Shown piece by piece: positions 13,053-26,815 of a stretch of 64,000 bases of DNA. Origin of the DNA: Lytechinus pictus (taxonomy: Eukaryota); the NCBI RefSeq assembly GCF_037042905.1, contig NC_087252.1, positions 12,898,001-12,962,000 on the forward strand, given 5' to 3'. Within the stretch, counting starts at the first letter, position 1. Every line of letters starts with the position of its first letter. Made by a program: the position numbers and the translations under genes. The notes beneath the pieces were generated by a model, which had not been told where the DNA came from, made no database searches, and saw only the letters and a program-made list of their open reading frames with translations.

Positions 13053-13943
13053 GTATGTATGTTAAAACAAGTTTTCATTCTAATAGTTATACTTCGTATG
13101 GTGATACCCCCTGTTTACATTCTACATTATCTATTTCTTCATAACACTGACATAAATCCTGGGGGTAGAGATATGTCACATGCACACACACGCTTTTCAG
13201 AAAGAGGTGTGACTTATAAAATCATCGACTCCCTCGATTACGCTTTTCTGTTAAACAAGACTTTGATATTAAATTATATCAGTATTTAACCCGGACAGCC
13301 TTGGGATACTTTTAGTCTGGTCAGTCCGTTGGAGGGGGCTATTATCCTACCTAAGATCTCAGTCGAAGATCGCAAAATCGCGACGAAAATTTGGATGATG
13401 GTAGACAATTGCATCAACTACGAGATTACACAGCTAAATCTCACCAAATCGATAGACTTCATTTCACATGAATTAAATATGCTTATCTATGAATGAGCTA
13501 TTACAAACAATGTATATTTTTATCTTGTTCAAATAAAAGCTCGTAGATTGATAATTTTTAGTGTAAATTTCTATCATAGCATTCTTAACAATTCTTTTTT
13601 GAAAAAAAAATTCATATACCAAACTTAAAATTGATTTAAAGGTTTTCTGCACTGCATGACAGGAGTATGCTTGTAATGGTAAATCAATCCAGGATTCCAA
13701 AATCCAATAACTTTTTTAATATGTTTATTTGAGCATTCGATCATTAAAATCAGTTCAAGCTTTAAATAACGGATATTTTCCATCCTTCCTTCCTGTTGGG
13801 AGGGGGGATACATGACTGAATGATTAGGTATATATAACGAGGAAAATACATTTATGAAATCAATGATGTTAGAACATATACTTGTATTATATCATATAAG
13901 TAACACTGTTATCAATATTATCTGACCCATATTATACTGGATG

Positions 13944-14650
13944 TTAACCCTAAAAGGCCCGGGGCGGATTCCGCCCCCCCCCCCCTCTATTATTTTCTCG
14001 ATAAATCCGCCTCAAATTTTTTTTTCAACTGCGTCGCTCGCTGACTTCTTACTTTCAAATCTCGCACAACTTTTGAGACCAGATTTGCAATGCCCGGGTA
14101 CGCAGTTTCAAATTTACGCAACATTGTGTAAGTGCATGTCGGACCGAAACTGCTCAAATATGTGAATTCATGTACAAATCCAATGCAAATTGTGTATTTA
14201 GCCCAAATTCATAAATGTATGATTTTTCTCCTTTTAATGATTAAACTTAATTAATTTGTCTTGCTTATGATCAGAAATAAGTCTGCAACAATTTTCATCG
14301 AAAATCAATAGAAAAACAAGAAGTAAAAAAAAATTATAAGAAATGAAAAAATATATAAAATACATTAAAAAAAATTGCGATGCCATTTTTTTAATGTACA
14401 TATTATCCGGATCCTACAAAGAGTCTGTGAATAAAACATTAGCAGTTTTGGGGCCGTATGATAGTTGATTAGAGCAAATGGTTTTATGTCATGCATAATT
14501 AATTCATGAAATGAAAAAATCCTGTCATAAAAAACAACCATACAGCCTTGTAGGTTTTAACGCACACTACCACTGTGCAAATTTCCGCGGCGCTCGCGTA
14601 ATCGAAGGACGAGATTTCTCCCCGGCTGTGAGAGGGGTCCAATATTAATA
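13944..14650. mobile_element. piggyBac-like MITE, degenerate
   Basis: TTAA|CCCT left end; right end only loosely matching. Confidence 0.4.
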
Positions 14651-15283
14651 ACCCCGCTCTTTTTTGGTAAATTACCCCCCCCCCCCCCCTCCACCCTCCC
14701 CCCCCCCCCTCCCTCCCGACAAATTTCACAAGCAGAAAAATGGGTTGAGGTGAAAGCATGCGACGACTTTGCGCAACAAAGGGTCGCTCATAAGCATTAT
14801 TTTTTGTTAAATGGCTTTCAATAATATCTTATTAGGAATGGATGCAGATTCTCATGTGAGTTTCTGGGCAAAACTTTTCTGACAGTATTCGCCTCAGTAT
14901 TATTTTATTCTCCCAAAACTGCACTCCATTGAAAGACGATTTGTGAAATCATTATGTCTTCCAACTATGGAAAATGTGCTCGCTCGCTTCGCTTGCCTGC
15001 ATTTCGATGCAAACTGTAATCCAGTAGTCACAACGTCACAACGAATTCATTACAATACATATTACATTACATAATAGCCCGGGATGTGATAATTACACAC
15101 CACTTGATAGAGGTTTTGGGGCAACGTCCTTTCTTCCACCTACTGAAAATTTGCTCGGTCTGTATGCTCACTCGCAGCATTATCCAATAATCACACCTCA
15201 TGAACGACTATTTTGGTTATCATGTCTTCCAACTACAGAAATAATTTGCTCGCTCGCTCACATTTGGATATTTACTATAGTTC

Positions 15284-16252
15284 CCCCGGGGGGGGGGGGT
15301 CACTCTCCACATGGACTGCTACCTGTACCTACCCGTGTCCGACAACCTCAGAAATGCACCCTAACCGGCGTAACTACATTAACTAAATTTGCAACCCTAA
15401 ATGGCGTAACCCCTGAGAAAAACCACCCGAAGTGGCGTAAACATATCGAAATCGATTGATTTGATACCATACTGATTACTGATGTTTAATTGATGTTACA
15501 TACAACAGGTATAAATTCCCTGCATTATTTTAAAGTTATTGCAAGTAAGACTAGCATAATTTGCTCTCAATTACACCTATCTTAGCCACTTTGAATGGCC
15601 ATCTTTTAGCCTAAATTAATTAATGCAAGTGAAAGATGTTGCTTGCCTTGACTGACTGATTCATCACTTACCATTCATTTTACCAATTTCATCTAAACTT
15701 GAAAAAATGGAATCCATACCAGTTAACATAGATTAATTAAACCTGTATCTACTTCTACTTTTTTAAATTGATAATAAAAAAACAAATCAATATAGGAATC
15801 CCCGGTATGAATCAAACAAAATTGTAGATTATAGGCCTAAACCGTAGGCGTGCTGCCTAGTATAGAGCCGGGTGTAAAGACTAGAGACTAGAGACTATAC
15901 TGTATTCTCTCATAAGTGATGCACTAGCCGGTGTGTGCGAGGATTATTTTGTGTCCTAGGTCTGCTCCCGAATCTTCTCCAATGTGCAACCCCAAATGAC
16001 GGGAAATGGCGTAGATCTATTCATATTTGGAACCCTCAATGGCATAATCTTCATAACCAAATTAACAACCCTAAATGGCGTGAAGAGAGAGAGAAAAGGC
16101 TACCCTAAACGGCGATTTACCAGCGAATGGTCCTGAAATGCAACCCTTTTTGTCAAAGACGTCGACGCCGCCTGAGTGCCCTTTTCGACGCCTTTTCTGG
16201 ACGCGGGTGCGTAGCAGGTCATGTGGAGAGTGACCCCCCCCCCCCCCCCGGG
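15284..16252. mobile_element. CCCGGG-ended non-autonomous TIR element
   Basis: TIR CCCGGG(G)nTCACTCTCCACATG / CATGTGGAGAGTGA(C)nGGG, 8-bp TSD TATAGTTC. Confidence 0.88.
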
Positions 16253-17149
16253 TATAGTTCAATATTTTATGATACAACAAAAGCATTACATCTACAGCCA
16301 TTGAAACATAAGTTGTCGGAGGCCTTTAACTGAAAGATAAAAGCATTATGTACACGGTTATTACCCGGTATACATAGCCCGAGGTGTGGGGGTCTCCCTC
16401 AGATTTTTAATTTTCAGGTCAATATACATGTATTGCTTTCACCACCCCCCCCCCCCTGCTTGGACCGGATTTACGCCAGTGTTACCAGCAATTATTTCAT
16501 GAGAACATTTTTTAATCAAGGTTAATTGGGACATATATCTCGATCTGGTATATTAATGAAAACTTATTTTATTTAAATTCAGAAATCTTAGCTCAAAACA
16601 AATTTATGATGATCACTAAAACAGAAAAGCATATGTTGTCCATTGTATTAATATTACTTGGAAAAATACCTGATATGTCATGGAATTCGGTGCATATTTT
16701 GCTTATTTCTCATTGCAACAATTGCGCATTTTCTTCGAGGGCCATTTGGCGCATATTTTTTTATTTATAAATACAAACACTTGGGTGGTAATTCTTTTGG
16801 ATTCAATTTCAAATTCATTTTGATATATTTACCACAACTGAAGAACGGTCAACAGTCAAATTTGTATAAAAAGTGCTACACCATCTTGTGTTGAAAACTT
16901 TATTTTTATTCAAGTAGAACCATAACATGACCTTATAACTCTGAATTATAATTTTTCTAGTTTATGAAAATAAATATGTCATGTTTGGCATCAAATGAAA
17001 GCTAATGAAATTTTGAATGCAAATGTTTGAATCACTATATTTAAACCAAAGAAAGATTAGATAAAGGTCATTTAAAGCCGTATAAAATCAAGTGTGTCAT
17101 GAATTTAAATTATTCATGAAAAAATGCAGAACACGGCTTGGTTGCAACT

Positions 17150-20100
17150 TTGAAAATTACAGTAAGATGGACATAACACGCCACCTGTCCGGCAACTGCA
17201 TGGTGCAACTGCCTTCCGTCAATATGCGGCAACTTCCAATAATTCAATCGGGGCAAAAAAAATGTTCCATAAACGGGTACAGGAGGGTTATCTTCTATTT
17301 TCCACCCAAATTTGGATAGGGCAGTTGCAGGGGATCATGTCAATCAGCAGCTCCCCACATGAGTACATGAAGACGAGCGCGTTTGACATGTTCTATCGCT
17401 GCATTGTAGGTAGGAGGAAGGGTTTTGATTTTCGGAGGGCCTTTCTTCTTGCAGAAAAGAAATAATCTCATTGTTCAGTGATTTAGTTTTTTCTCCCACA
17501 GTACAAGAAGGACAGAAAGTCAATTCCAGCTTTGGTCCACTCCTATTCTTCAGCATCAGACTCAGTAAATAACTGTAGATTAAGATCTAAGTCTAGAAGT
17601 AGGTTAAGTGCAGAACTCTTCCCTTTAACGAAAGGATACGACACAGTATCACAACCTGATAAAGCATGTACAGCCAGTCGATCGTAGCATTTGTCTACTA
17701 GCTTCGAAGCCGAAGCATTGATATTGATTACTCTCCCATTATGCTTCCTCATGGAAACTTGTGTAGCAGGTTTGTAGACCCAAACGAAGAACACTAGTAA
17801 CACGAAGATTCTATGTCATCAGTGACAGTTTGTATATATGTATGCTTCTTTTGTGGTGACCGCTTTAGAAGATAGCTGATGATTTTCAAATCAGCCTCTT
17901 CATGATGATACAATCATTTACAATAAGGTGCACTCCAGGATTGGTCTCTTTGACATCGCACATATACTGAATCAGTGCACTCTTGTTCACATCACTCTTC
18001 ATAATGACATCTTTAGCCGGTAGTATTGTATTGCTGTTCAATACATACTCGTGTGATGTACTACCCTTTGCCCGCCTCTGACGTTCATGGGATTTGATTT
18101 ATTGCTTATCAAATCGATCAAATAATGATGTAGGTGGTAAGGTGTCTTTCCAGTGATATCAAAGTTGAATTCTTCAAAGTTGAATTTCTTGGCCACCTTG
18201 TATGATAAATAGCTTTATTTCCCTCAACCAGTTCTGTATCTACAGGACCAAGAGTAGACGTAGCAAAGACTTACAATATGTGAACAAGGACTGTTTTGTT
18301 TCCCTTACGCATATCTCCATAGTCATAAAAGATGCTGGATGGCACAGGGGCAAGCTCATACCTGAAGACTTCAGAAAGCTGGATATCTCCGCTCTGTGAG
18401 ATAACGAGCAGACGACCATACACTTGTTCAATGTTGTAGGTACCATCATCACCAACCTTCACGCTCTTCTTCATAGCTTCCATTGTCACCACTTTTTTTC
18501 TTTATTGGGTTATGGAAGGCACCAGGAAGTGGCCATCTCGTGTCCAATAGCAAGGGAGTTGTGTACATTAACTTCATCAAGTGCTATTCACCCATTAATG
18601 ATGTTAGACAAAGGCTCATCTGACTGCGCCTTCATTGGATTTGTTTGTCTCTCCAGTTCTTATACGATCTTCTTTCGGTCTGCAGCATCTAACTTCCTCC
18701 TCACTTGCTTCATTGTGGTTAACTGTCTGTGTGCTAAGGACTTCTGATGGCTCATCAAAAGGGAAAGGGTGTTGCAGAGATGATGAGACAAAATCCACCC
18801 AGACACCTGTTCAGAAGACAAAGGCTTGCCGACCAGACTACCTTTGACTTCTCATACCGGATGAACGTTTGCTCTCCAAACTGTTCTAGAAAGACAGAGT
18901 TCCAAACCCCTGTCTGATGGCGACAGACATGCTCTCCTCGAAGGAATGCAGCTAGAATAGATTCTGGTAGTAATGTCGTCATCTCAAATACATGCCATGA
19001 TATATATCTTGCATAGTTCCAGTAGCCAGCTGCAAAGAAATATGGAACCATTTTCTTCCATGCAAACAGATGTAGTAGCCGATTCCCTTCCGTTTCTGCA
19101 CGGAGATACAGGTGCATGATTACTACCGGTGTGACGAAGCAGTCAATCCAGAGACGGCCTGTTCGTCATTGCCGAGAATGCTCTGTGTCCTCTGGTCTTT
19201 CATCCACTGGTGTGTTACCATCCAAAATGAAGGATTATTGAAGAGCAGTCAATACCATCCGAAAAACCCTTAGAGCTTTGGGCCATGCCTTTAGATTTAA
19301 CATGTGAGTAACAGTTCTTCCAGTCCACCGCCATTCCTTAGAGCACCTACACAACTAACATACGACATCAGTGTGTGTATCCCTCCTGGTCATACTACCA
19401 AGTTACCCCCAGCGAGTTGGATGTGACCACTTTATCTGTTGAATCACTTTGTAGAGTTGCAGATATGTGGATGTATTCGATGTTGTGCTGCTTCATAAAC
19501 TTCTCAATAAAGATGAGTGTGCTCAGGACCGTATCAGTGTGTGCAGGGGGAGAATCAATTAACGGCCCAAAGGCAAACCTTGTGGAAACACCTGCGACTT
19601 TGCCCTACTCTTAGCTGAACTTACCATTGTACCAGACCAATCACATTTGAGATTATCACCTTCGGTGCTTTGAATAACTGACACCATCCATCGCATGTCA
19701 CTCTCCAAAGCAGATTTTCACACTTGCTGCTGTCTTTGACATGTGTTCAAATTGTTGCCCAAAGTGATTGGTAGCATCAGGATGTGTCGGCTTCTTAGGA
19801 CCGTCAGAGTAAGCTATCTTGACAAAAGACATTTCACTGGCCTTTAGCGAGCTCATCTCTTTGGTTGATATCCTTGGAATCCCAAATCGCTTCAGACACA
19901 TGAACGTTAGCTTCTGAAAGAAGAAAAAAAATGTTAAAATAACACCATTACTAACTTGGGTATTAACAAAATATTGCTTGGAAAAAAAAAGTAATTGGAA
20001 AACATCAATGCCTACCCAGAAATTGGCCAAAATTGTTTGCTGTTGAATTATAAAAGAATTGAAAAACACTATTAGCGAACCAGATATTTACAAAATATAG

Positions 20101-23100
20101 CTTTTTGTCAATCAACTTGTGGTTATAATAATTTTTGAAAATGTCTTGCGAAGTGTAAGGCACCTACCATTGACGTGTTGAGTGAACTTCACTGCCATTG
20201 AGGGTGTTTCACTGCATCTGTTGGGTGTGTAAACCTGAAGATCGAAGGTGTCACACTATGAGCTCATCGATCCCCCGTAATTGAGCAGACCTCTGAAAGT
20301 GAAATCTTGCTGGCCAGTCATCTTGGTTGCTGATTTCCGGTACACACTAAAAAATAAAGGTTCAAAATTGAACCCCGAAAGGTTGATGCAAAATCAGCAC
20401 CCTATGGGTTCAAAAATTGAACCCCAATCAGGGGTTCAATTTTTGCACCCTGCGGGTTCAAAACTGCACCCATTGGGGTTCAAATTAACATCCATAGGGT
20501 TCAAATTTGCACCCTTAAATGTATATTTTTGCACCTTTTGGGGTTCATTTTCCACCAAACCCAACCCTAGATGGTGCATAATTGAACCTTTCATTTTTAG
20601 GGTATATTTCTGAACCCCATAGGGTTCATATTTGAGCCATTACTGCACCTTAAAGGTTCAAATTTGAACCTTTAAGCCATATTTTGCACCTTTCAGGGTG
20701 CATTTTCCACCAAAATGAAACTTACAGGGTGCATAATTGAACCTTCACAGTGTATTTTGCATCCCCTGGGGAGCAAAATAGACTGTGAAAGGTTCAATTA
20801 AAAGCCCCCACGGGTTCAATAAGAGCACCCATGGGGTTCAAATTTGAAACTGTCCTGGTTCACATTTGAACCCCAAATCACCCCCATTTACACCACTTCT
20901 TTGCATTCACGCCCACAGTAGGAAACAGATAAAAAGGTTCATTTGAAAACATAAGTATGAATGATAAAGTGTGCAATTTATTATTGAGAAATCTTTGGTC
21001 TCTCGAAATTAATCATAATCAACACACGGGAATGTACACACAATCTTGCACTGTGCTGTAAGATACATTAACTGGAATACATACAATATAAATGAAATGC
21101 ACTAACACCAATAAAAACCTAGAGTACTTGCAGTTTGTTGATCTTGATAGCAAACTACCATGCAAGCCCATTGATCTTTACTCCTACGAAGTACAGTATA
21201 TGAATATAATAATTTAAAAGAATTAAAACAAAAGTGAGACAATGTCAACGTTGAATCTGCAATATTTGCATGAAATTTAAAAGCACATAGACTATATCGC
21301 GTGTACAAGCGCAAGATAGATCCTCTGTTCGTCGCGATCTCGTTCATTTTAGGCGGGGTTATTATGAAACACGTCCGGGCGGCCAAAAGAGCGTATTAGC
21401 AAGAAGAATCTATGACTGGAGTTCCAACAGTCAACAAATTTATTCAAGCAGCTGGTCATTTCTAAAGAAGCACAAAAGAAAGAACGGCAATAATGACCCT
21501 TTTGATGTCCAGCTTCGAAGCCGCCAGTTTCATTGAAAAAAATCCGAGGGGTGAAATTTTACAAATATTCATTTGTATAAATTTCCCATCTTTCATATTA
21601 ATAAACAAACTGAAATTTGAATGCATGACAAAACATCAATAACCGAGCACTATTACGACGAGATATTTGCCCAGACTATATCAATTAACCTTTAATTGGT
21701 GAAAAAAGAAATAATTTGACCTTTACTGAAACCAGATTTTAAAACTTTTCCGATCGTTTGCGGCGAATAAAAATGTCAAATGTGCTCGGTGGAATATTGT
21801 TGTTCATTACTGTATATGCCAGATGAATGCCCGAATTATGTACTACACATATAACCAGACCAAGATCATGAAGATGCCGCGAAAAAGTAATTATCATCAC
21901 AAAAGCATATTTCCCTTTATGTATGACCTATAGCTGCGAGTCATGCGGGAATCATTTGTCTACACAATTGCAAGAGATGTTGAGCAAAGTGCATGCCTGA
22001 CATACTTTCTGCTGGCAGCTTTTAACCTTGTTCAAAGAGATTTTATATGCTGTTACTCCATCTCATTTGAAACCTACTTGGTATTAGAGCCTTCCACGGT
22101 GAAAACGTTTTCCAAAATCTGTCGTTACCTTATAACGAACTCAAATGTAAAACTAAATCACAATATAATCTCGGATAATTTATGAAGATAATATACAGGA
22201 TGATACAAAATGCATATCTTAATATCTTACCTGAAGAATAAGTAGATCTTACTGATTTTTACGAAGTACCGATTTGACGCCTTGTCTCCGTTTGCGTGAT
22301 TGATTGATCACCGGCTAGCCACTTAGTCTATGTACGGTTACTTTCTTTACGGAGAATTATAACTTTTATGTTTCGTTTGCGTGGATTCACGTAGCGAATT
22401 AATTAATATTGATTATTTGGTAATTTGACTTCACTTTCTTTCAACAACCTTTGAATCAATTTACTTTTATAAGAGATACTGGCTGTAACATGTAAACAAT
22501 ATAATAATCGCTTTTCTGTAGGTTTCTGTACAAGACTAATAATCCATACAGAAAGGTTCAAAATTGAACCTTCCTGGAAATTGAACCCTGGTTCGTACAA
22601 AGTGAACCGGTAAAGGTGGAATATTCAACCCTTGTCGAGATAGGGGTGCTAAACGCAAAATTGAACCCTAAACTGCACCTTTATTTCTTAGTGTGTACCG
22701 ACGAACTTCGTCTTAGCTTGCAACATATCCATGGTCGTGCAGGAGGTCTGTAATATCCCTTGATCCGAAGCGATGATGATTTTTTATTGCAAAACCTAGC
22801 GTTGTTTGGTTGCATGACATGGTGATCAAACATTGGCTTGACTGGGTCAAACTAAAAAACTTCTTGGTGACCGTGCCTTTGGATACCAGCTTTGAAATAA
22901 GACAAAGAAGGCTTGCGCTTGTACTTTCTTTTCCTTTCTCCAGCTTAAAGTCTCCAAAGTTATAGGTCTTTAAATATTTTTGAGAACTTGCCTTGACTTC
23001 AGCAGTGATTTTCTTGGCTAGTTCAGTGACGTCATCATTGTCGTTTGCCTCCAAAGTTTTCAAAGTCGTGGGAAGGTATTTCTGGAAGCTGGAAGCAAAA

Positions 23101-23959
23101 CGAGCGTATCCATTTACTCGTACGACAACAAGGCTAGCTCCTAGATGTTTTTCCAGATTTTGGATTAGAAGAGCCCGATCATTTCGATTTCTGTCCATTT
23201 TAGTGTCACTGTTAACACCAAAGTTCACTGTAGATGGGCCTCCGACCGAATTGAGGAAGTTGCGATACACTTAATATATCTCTACTGAGTTTCACACTTT
23301 ACCAGGTTTGTTTTGTAGAGTGTCTACAACATGCTTGAAAGCAACATCAGTGGGATATTTCCCTTGCTTTTCTGTGGTACTTGAATCAGGTCCAATATTC
23401 CGCTTGGAAACAAATGATTTGTTACAGTCCATATGATACTGTGCATCTGCTGCTTGCAGGTCTGTAAAGACAGCATTTATCCGAACACGCATCCCATCTG
23501 CAACATCGTCACCTCTTTCATTGCACACCTTGATAAGCTTATGTTTCATGTCAACTGTTCTACACGTAAAAAAATCGCCATCGTCCTGGATGCTTAGGAT
23601 CCTTGGGGAAGCAGTCTTGACTACAGATAAGGCACTGGCTATACAGAAGTTAAATGCAGGGAAATTAGACCTCGGTTTGGGCTGTGGTGCTCAACTTGGA
23701 GATATGCTCGGCCCTGTGCGCTTGAGATACCTCCATATGTCGGTGGAAGAGGTGTATGTGAAAATGCAATTCTTGTGAAGGGTGATCTTTAAATCTGGAT
23801 CATTTTGTAGTTGTTTCTTTAATTCTACATGATGCGTGTCATTTCTAGCAATGCTGGATGAAATTACATTTTCTATTCTTGCTTTCCTCCAGTACTTAAG
23901 GGGGCGTCTTTGCCGCATTTAAAGTAACATTCAGATGAATCCATACTTGATGTAGTCAT
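17150..23959 (-). pseudogene. AcademX-type transposase/XPG nuclease/Cys-rich protein, pseudogenised and interrupted
   Basis: Motifs DLQAADAQYHMDC, HHRFGSRDITDLLHDHGY, YFFAAGYWNYARY, YELAPVPSSIF, HEEADLKI (~17880-17905), HALSGCDTVSYPFVKGK, KFGW, CSCRTGGVLCPSYCN (~17155-17200). Confidence 0.8.
20343..22695. mobile_element. Non-autonomous CAC-ended TIR element (CMC/EnSpm-like) nested in the Academ gene
   Basis: TIR CACACTAAAAAATAAAGG / CCTTTATTTCTTAGTGTG, TA TSD, subterminal ttgaaccc/gggttcaa repeats; excision restores EVRRYRKSA in the host transposase. Confidence 0.9.
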
Positions 23960-25290
23960 AGTTGTTTTTATGAAACCGTCCCAATGTGTAAATTTACAGG
24001 GTTAACTTCTTTAAAGGAGCAAGTTAGTTTGTGAACAAACAGAAAATCTAAGAAAATTGTTTATAAAAGTTTAAACATTGGACAAGCAATAGGAACGCTA
24101 TCAGCATTCGAATGGTGAGATCACTAATGCTATGGGAATCATCTCAATTGACAATGGGAACAGGATCTGTGATGTCACAGAAGTACAACTCTCCATTTAA
24201 ATTATACCCAAAGGGTCTCTCTTTTTGCTCATGAAAGAGATATGAGTTGTAATAAAGGTATATTCTGCATTATTTAATCATTTTTTTTACTGTTTTAAAA
24301 TCAAAGACCAAAGTCACAAAACATGAATAGTGTAGGCTTACTCAGTATAAAGACCAGCCCGATAACCTTCCATAAATCGGACATGAAATCTAATCGGCAA
24401 TAAAATAGACAATCAATGTCACTCTAGATTGCATGAAATTTAATTAAAGCTTAGATTTACTTTTAATCTTTAGCCATATATTGATAGTACCTGGCCAATC
24501 AGATCTAAAATAATGTTAGGTTTTATAACACATGTGATAGACCTTGTGTAAATGTTAAGATTCATAGAAAATAATTCTGATATTCATCCAAGATTGACTT
24601 GAAGAAATCTGGCTTAAAGCTAAGATTGTAAGACGTAAGTTACTCGAATGTACAAAGGCTAGTTCTTACGTTAGTTAGAGAGGCTCTCTAGGCTGAAAAT
24701 AATGTATCTTGATAAAAAGATTGACATTCAGTTGGCAATATGCTGAAAATTTCACCGAAGGCTGAAAAACTTAAACATTTATTTAATCTTAAAATTTATT
24801 AATATTTTGTGAAGATAGTAAAATGCAAACCTGCGGAAATATCCAAATGGTTTGCTGATGTCATCATGTCCCAACTTCCTTTTTTCTTAAATCGCTATAT
24901 TACGTGAAATCATAATAATTTGATATTTCATACACACGTGTATAATATAGGCCAATGTCTCCCTTGTAACAAGGTAAGTTGCACCAATTATCATCTTACA
25001 CATTAACTCATTTCATATGATAAAATACAAACGAATGAGATTTTAGAATGTCATAACTTTGGTTTTCATTGCTCCACTCTGGATAACATTTTCAGTGTTT
25101 TATTGGAATTTACTTTACCTGCTCAATTCATAATTATGTTCAAGTTTAATCTAAGAACCTCTTAAAGCTAATATAGAAAAAAGGATACACTTTTTTTGTA
25201 TCAAATTCATCTCTACACATTTGGTATACTCACTTTCAAATTTGAGATTTATGTTATTATTTCTTTCGTCTTGTTTCCAAAGTAATCCAT

Positions 25291-25767
25291 AGGTGAATTC
25301 AAACCGCCTCGATCACAAGAATCCCCGTTAAATTACGAGAACTTTTTTAGGCTGAAAAATACCCAATAATTATTCCTGCATTCACATCGCCCTGAAACAT
25401 ACCCTTCGGCATAAGTTCCTGAAGTTACGAGCATGTGCAGTATGGTCTGGTATTAGCAGGCAAGGCGCGAGATTCAAAATAACTAGCCCAGCAGCCACCC
25501 ACGGCGCCGCACCCAACGACACGCTGGGCTAAAAGTTCCCGTAATTTGCTTTCACATCGCCAAAATACCTGCGACCTTGGAAAAATCCCCGCGAAAGTTC
25601 TCGTAATTTCGCCAAGTACCTACTATTTTGCGGGTATTTTCTTTCGCGGAAATTACGCGTAGTTTGCTTTCACATTACCAAAATACCTGTTTTTTTCTGA
25701 TCGGGGTAAATTTCCCGATCAGAGAATACCTGGAACTGACAAACTTCGAGGCGGTCTGATACCACCT
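25291..25767. mobile_element. MITE, Harbinger-like
   Basis: TIR AGGTGAATTCAAACCGCCTCGA / TCGAGGCGGTCTGATACCACCT, 3-bp TSD CAT. Confidence 0.75.
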
Positions 25768-26714
25768 CATGTAGGTTCAGGACTTAATACCTTGCCAGAT
25801 TTCAAGGTCAGGGCTGCAGGGTAGTGTGTACTGTATGTTTGTAAAGTAGGCCTATTGTCTAGCTACACAATTAACAATGATTAATGGTGTATAATGTATT
25901 GTTATACAAATGCTATGAAGAATGTCTTGACTGGTTACAGCTGTACATTTTCATCTAATCTTAAATCCAATGAGATTTAAAATCATCAACATATCTTGTA
26001 TAACAGTATTTAATGAAGCATCTGATATGGACCGCAATTAACATTATGTAAGTTTCATTTATGACCCAATATGACCTTTGTGACACTGTCAAGTTATACA
26101 CTTCTGTTCATATTTTCTTGTACTTGTTCATCGTTACCTGACAAATCAAATCAAATCATATCAAATCTAAATGACCTCATATAGTAGACGTTTACTTGAA
26201 ATAATTCACATATTTGGATTCAATTTTCTATTAGCTTTAATTTGATACCATTATATAGATCATATCTACCCGATTATTTCCTGAGCTTATAACAACTGGT
26301 GATTAGACAAAATTAACGGCGAGCCAAATGTGTTTAGTCCACATGGGCTTAGAAAATAGAGACCAACTACTAATAAACCATATGACCTCCTTATAATTTT
26401 GCATTGGCTCTTTGAATGCAATTATTTATGAGTAAAGACTATTGGGAGAAATTTGGAGAATGATATGTAAGAAATGTGCTGTCAATGTTTCGATAAATTT
26501 GCCAAAATGTGCCGTAACAAGGTGCACTATATGTCGCTAATGAGTTGTATTTAAGAAAGTAACTCATCAATCTACTTTGATTCCTTGATCTATAAGCCCA
26601 TCTTCCATCTGGTAAAGTGATGTATCAAAACGTTCAGAGATGCATCCTAAGCTGGCCTATATATTCTCTCAATAATCAAAGTTTGATAGCGTGATTGTGT
26701 AATTTCCAATTTAG

Positions 26715-26815
26715 TTTCAATCCAGACGAGCAAAGTACCAAGGGAACAGAAGAGAACATCGTAACGAACAATGCAGTTAGCAGCTGGAAAATAGTCTCTG
26801 ATACTCACAAAAGTG
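26715..26815 (+). CDS. Roco-like gene, exon B (switch I region)
   Basis: tttag| acceptor, g|gtaaga donor; 101 nt, phase 2->1, joins exon A in frame: (S)FNPDEQSTKGTEENIVTNNAVSSWKIVSDTHKS; F-x5-STxG is the Roc G2/switch I pattern. Confidence 0.85.

Larger units (their letters stand above)
16915..26305 (-). mobile_element. Decayed AcademX-like DNA transposon (ends approximate)
   Basis: Diverged inverted repeats near 16980-17030 and 26205-26255 flank a fragmented large gene with transposase-, XPG-nuclease- and Cys-rich motifs. Confidence 0.7.
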
